NCBI GenBank assembly: GCA_041611735.1 | Contig: JBFIML010000051.1 | Span: 1 to 27,841 of the forward strand | Length of the DNA stretch: 27,841 nt | Direction of reading: 5' to 3' | From: Myxococcota bacterium | GTDB lineage: Bacteria; Myxococcota_A; UBA9160; PR03 | Shown: piece by piece, positions 25,302-27,841 of the stretch | Numbering within the stretch: position 1 is the stretch's first letter | Layout: each line of letters opens with the position of its first letter | The notes under the pieces: model-generated | Told to the model about the DNA's origin: nothing | Database searches by the model: none | The model's input: the letters and a program-made list of their open reading frames with translations, nothing else | Translations under genes and position numbers: made by a program

Positions 25302-27841
25302 CTAGAACGTGTAGCGGATGCGCAGGAAGAGCTCCTCGCGGTCGCGCACCACGGCGAGCGCGTTCTCCACGAAGCTCCGATAGGCGTTGCGACCCACGCG
25401 GTTCGAGAGCGAGAGCGGCGCAATCGGCGAGTCCCGCTCCTCCCAGCGGCCCCAGAACACGTTGGCCCCGAAGCTGGCCGAGAAGTTCTCCGTGAAGCGG
25501 TAGGTGACCTGGGGCAGGAAGCCGCCGGAGTTCGAGCGCATGTCGTAGACCCAGGTGGCCGAGGGCAGCAGGCGGTCCTGCACGTACCCCGTCTGGACGG
25601 TGAAGGTGGCCAGCACGTTGAAGGGCCCGTTCACGTCGAAGTTCTGGGTGTAGCCGTCGATGTACTGGAAGAACCACTGGCTGTTGAAGAAGAACGTCCG
25701 GTTCGGGTTCAGGAAGTTGATGAAGGTCGGCCGGTCCACCGAGACGGTCAGGTTGAAGGTGTCGGCCTTGTTGATGCCGTCGAACTGGTCGTTGTCGGTG
25801 AAGCGCAGGCCCTCGATCCAGGTAGCCTCGGCGCCCCAGTTGGACTTGGTCACGTCCTCGGCGAAGTCGAGGGCGAAGCCGAGCACGTTGCGGCGCTCGT
25901 AGCGCAGGGCCAGGGTGCCGCCTCCCTGCCACACGAAGTCGCGCCGGCCGAAGCGGCCGTTGCCGCCGGCCCGGATCTCGTTGCGCTGGTGCCCGATGAT
26001 CGAGAAGACGGAGCGCAGGTTCGAGCAGAGATGGGGCCGCACGAAGGAGCAGCCGTTCAGGCGGGTCGGCCCCATGGTCTCGGGGTCGAAGCCGGCCTCG
26101 CCGGGCTGGTTCGCCGCCGGTGGCCCCCCGGGCGCGTTGAAGGTGTCGAACTCGTCGATCAGGGCCGGGCGGTCGGCCTGACCATCGGCGCCGGGCGTCC
26201 CGGCGGGCAGGAAGGCCGTGGAGTTCTGGACGGCATCGGGGATGCCCGACAGGGCGACGAAGGCCATCATGGCGTTCCAGGACGCGGCCGCCATCTCGCT
26301 TGCGAAGATCTGGCCCGTGGAGGGTCCGAAGTCCGGGTTGCCGTCTCCGTCGAGGTCCACGTTGGGGATGGCCAGCACCCGGGCCCCGGCGCCGCCGTTG
26401 GAGAGCAGGCAGTCGGGGTGCCCGTCGGGCCGCGTGCAGCCGTCGAAGAACGGGTTGTAGTCGCCCACCACGGGCAGGCCGAGCTGGGCGGACAGCGTCG
26501 CGGCGTCGTAGTCGGGGCCGCGGCAGCCCGGCAGGATGTAGACCGTCCCGTTCTCGAAGCGCGTGCACGGGGACCCGCCCACGAAGCCGACGGTCCCCGG
26601 CATGGCCTGGGCCGCCGCCAGGTCCGGGTCGCCGAAGTCCATGCGCCAGTTCCCGGTGGTGCCGTCGAAGCCGGGCCAGGACTGGACGATGGCGCTGGCC
26701 TCGGCGTTCAGGAGGTCGGGTCCGTCGTCGTCGCAGTGGTTGCCGTAGAAGGGACCGCAGCCCAGCAGCGCCTCCTGCCAGTCCGTGAGCGCCCCGGTGG
26801 AGGTCTGGAAGGCCAGGGCGAACTGGTTCGGCGTACCGCCTGGCCCGAGGTTGCCGGCTCCGGGCTCGAGTCCCAGGGGATCGTCGTTCGGGTCCCGGTT
26901 GAGCTGGACGATCGGGGGCGCATAGCCCTCGGTGAGGCCCACGCCCACGGCCCCCCGGGCAACGGGGGAGCCGGCCAGGAGGCCGCCGACGAGCTGGCTG
27001 ACGCGGAAGAAGCCCGCGGCGATGGCGGTGCTGTTGAGCACGCTCTGGGCGCACACGGAGGGGTCGAGATTGGAGAATCCGATGCTCGTGCCGCAGATCA
27101 TGGCGAAGAGCTGGTGGTTCACGGGCGAGTTCTGGACCGTGTCGGCCAGGTGCGCGGCGGGCGTGGCGATGGTGCCGTCGGGATTGCGGTCCGGGAGGCC
27201 GTCACCGTTCAGGTCCGTGAAGACGTTGCCCGAGGGTGAAGCCGGGTTGCTGGGCTCACCGAGGCAGTCCGGCTCGGTCCCGGTGACGCACGAACCGCGC
27301 GCGAGGGCGCGCCGCGGCCGTCCCTCCAGCGGGTCCACGTTGCGCTCGTAGCTGAAGATCCGGTCCTGGTGGGGGAAGTCGTTGTAGCCGTAGAAGTCCG
27401 AGAGCTGGAAGCTGAAGCGCCCCCAGCGCCACTCCAGCCGGGCGCCCGGCTCGATGCCCTTGAAGGCGTTCCACGGGTCCGGGGGCCGGATCTCGCCGGC
27501 CACGGCGAGAGCGGCGAAGCCGTGGGCGAACAGACCGAAGGTCTTGTTGCAGACCGGGTTCGGTGTGAAGGGCTCGCCGCAGCGGCCCAGGTCGGCGGGC
27601 TCGAACTGGTCGTAGTTGAAGGCCAGCTCGAGGCGCACGTCCTGCATGGGCCCGATCTCGTAGAAGGACCAGACCCCGCGCAGGGCCCACAGCGCGATGC
27701 GCGACTCCTCCAGGCTCGGCAGGGTGGCGAGGGCCACGTCCTGGGGGTTGAACTGGTCGGTGGTGCGGAAGAGCTCCGTCTTGCCCCACACGATGCTCTG
27801 CTTGCCGGCCCGGATCCAGAGCCGGCTGTCGAACAGCTCCA
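25302..27841 (-). CDS. Large DUF1302-like outer-membrane beta-barrel protein, paralog 2, 5'-truncated
   Basis: Frame is open to the window edge (ELFDSRLWIRAGKQSIVWGKTELFRTTDQFNPQD). It is colinear with paralog 1 and ends REELFLRIRYTF; stop TAG at 25302-25304. Confidence 0.75.
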   Translation of the reverse strand, partial: ELFDSRLWIRAGKQSIVWGKTELFRTTDQFNPQDVALATLPSLEESRIALWALRGVWSFYEIGPMQDVRLELAFNYDQFEPADLGRCGEPFTPNPVCNKTFGLFAHGFAALAVAGEIRPPDPWNAFKGIEPGARLEWRWGRFSFQLSDFYGYNDFPHQDRIFSYERNVDPLEGRPRRALARGSCVTGTEPDCLGEPSNPASPSGNVFTDLNGDGLPDRNPDGTIATPAAHLADTVQNSPVNHQLFAMICGTSIGFSNLDPSVCAQSVLNSTAIAAGFFRVSQLVGGLLAGSPVARGAVGVGLTEGYAPPIVQLNRDPNDDPLGLEPGAGNLGPGGTPNQFALAFQTSTGALTDWQEALLGCGPFYGNHCDDDGPDLLNAEASAIVQSWPGFDGTTGNWRMDFGDPDLAAAQAMPGTVGFVGGSPCTRFENGTVYILPGCRGPDYDAATLSAQLGLPVVGDYNPFFDGCTRPDGHPDCLLSNGGAGARVLAIPNVDLDGDGNPDFGPSTGQIFASEMAAASWNAMMAFVALSGIPDAVQNSTAFLPAGTPGADGQADRPALIDEFDTFNAPGGPPAANQPGEAGFDPETMGPTRLNGCSFVRPHLCSNLRSVFSIIGHQRNEIRAGGNGRFGRRDFVWQGGGTLALRYERRNVLGFALDFAEDVTKSNWGAEATWIEGLRFTDNDQFDGINKADTFNLTVSVDRPTFINFLNPNRTFFFNSQWFFQYIDGYTQNFDVNGPFNVLATFTVQTGYVQDRLLPSATWVYDMRSNSGGFLPQVTYRFTENFSASFGANVFWGRWEERDSPIAPLSLSNRVGRNAYRSFVENALAVVRDREELFLRIRYTF

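Noticed and set aside
21145-25305. 1386-aa plus-strand ORF
   Set aside because: Antisense shadow of the DUF1302-like gene.
25285-27054. N-terminal 590 aa of the 1799-aa ORF, read as a fusion or frameshift
   Set aside because: It is an alternative frame of paralog 2. Paralog 2 has its own stop and beta-signal, and paralog 1 has its own signal peptide at 25284.
1-27841. CRISPR arrays, tRNA/rRNA genes, transposases, prophage or defence genes
   Set aside because: No regularly spaced repeats, cloverleaf signatures or recombinase/transposase motifs were seen, and there is no obvious low-GC island.

Overview
Very GC-rich diderm bacterial DNA, probably a Myxococcota/deltaproteobacterium-like lineage (inferred from gene content only). 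In order it carries: a 5'-truncated membrane-fused spermidine-synthase-like gene; an acyl-CoA synthetase; an EVE-domain gene; a ~335-nt heavily base-paired intergenic element on the minus strand that contains a 14-codon ORF behind a perfect Shine-Dalgarno; purU; a membrane-anchored RNase Z/MBL-fold protein that has lost its metal ligands; a rhomboid-TPR protease; an alternative complex III operon (actABCDEF, no adjacent oxidase genes); a divergent operon of thiolase, a paired set of acyl-CoA dehydrogenases, a Trm112-like protein and a DUF1329 protein; and two convergent tandem, very large Cys-rich DUF1302-like outer-membrane barrels (the second is cut by the window edge). No tRNA, rRNA, CRISPR array or transposase was seen. 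The best candidates for something undescribed are the structured RNA/micropeptide locus at 4745-5079, the tandem giant DUF1302 receptors facing a lipid-catabolism/DUF1329 operon, and the pseudo-enzyme MBL protein. All family calls come from motif recognition by eye, not from database searches.
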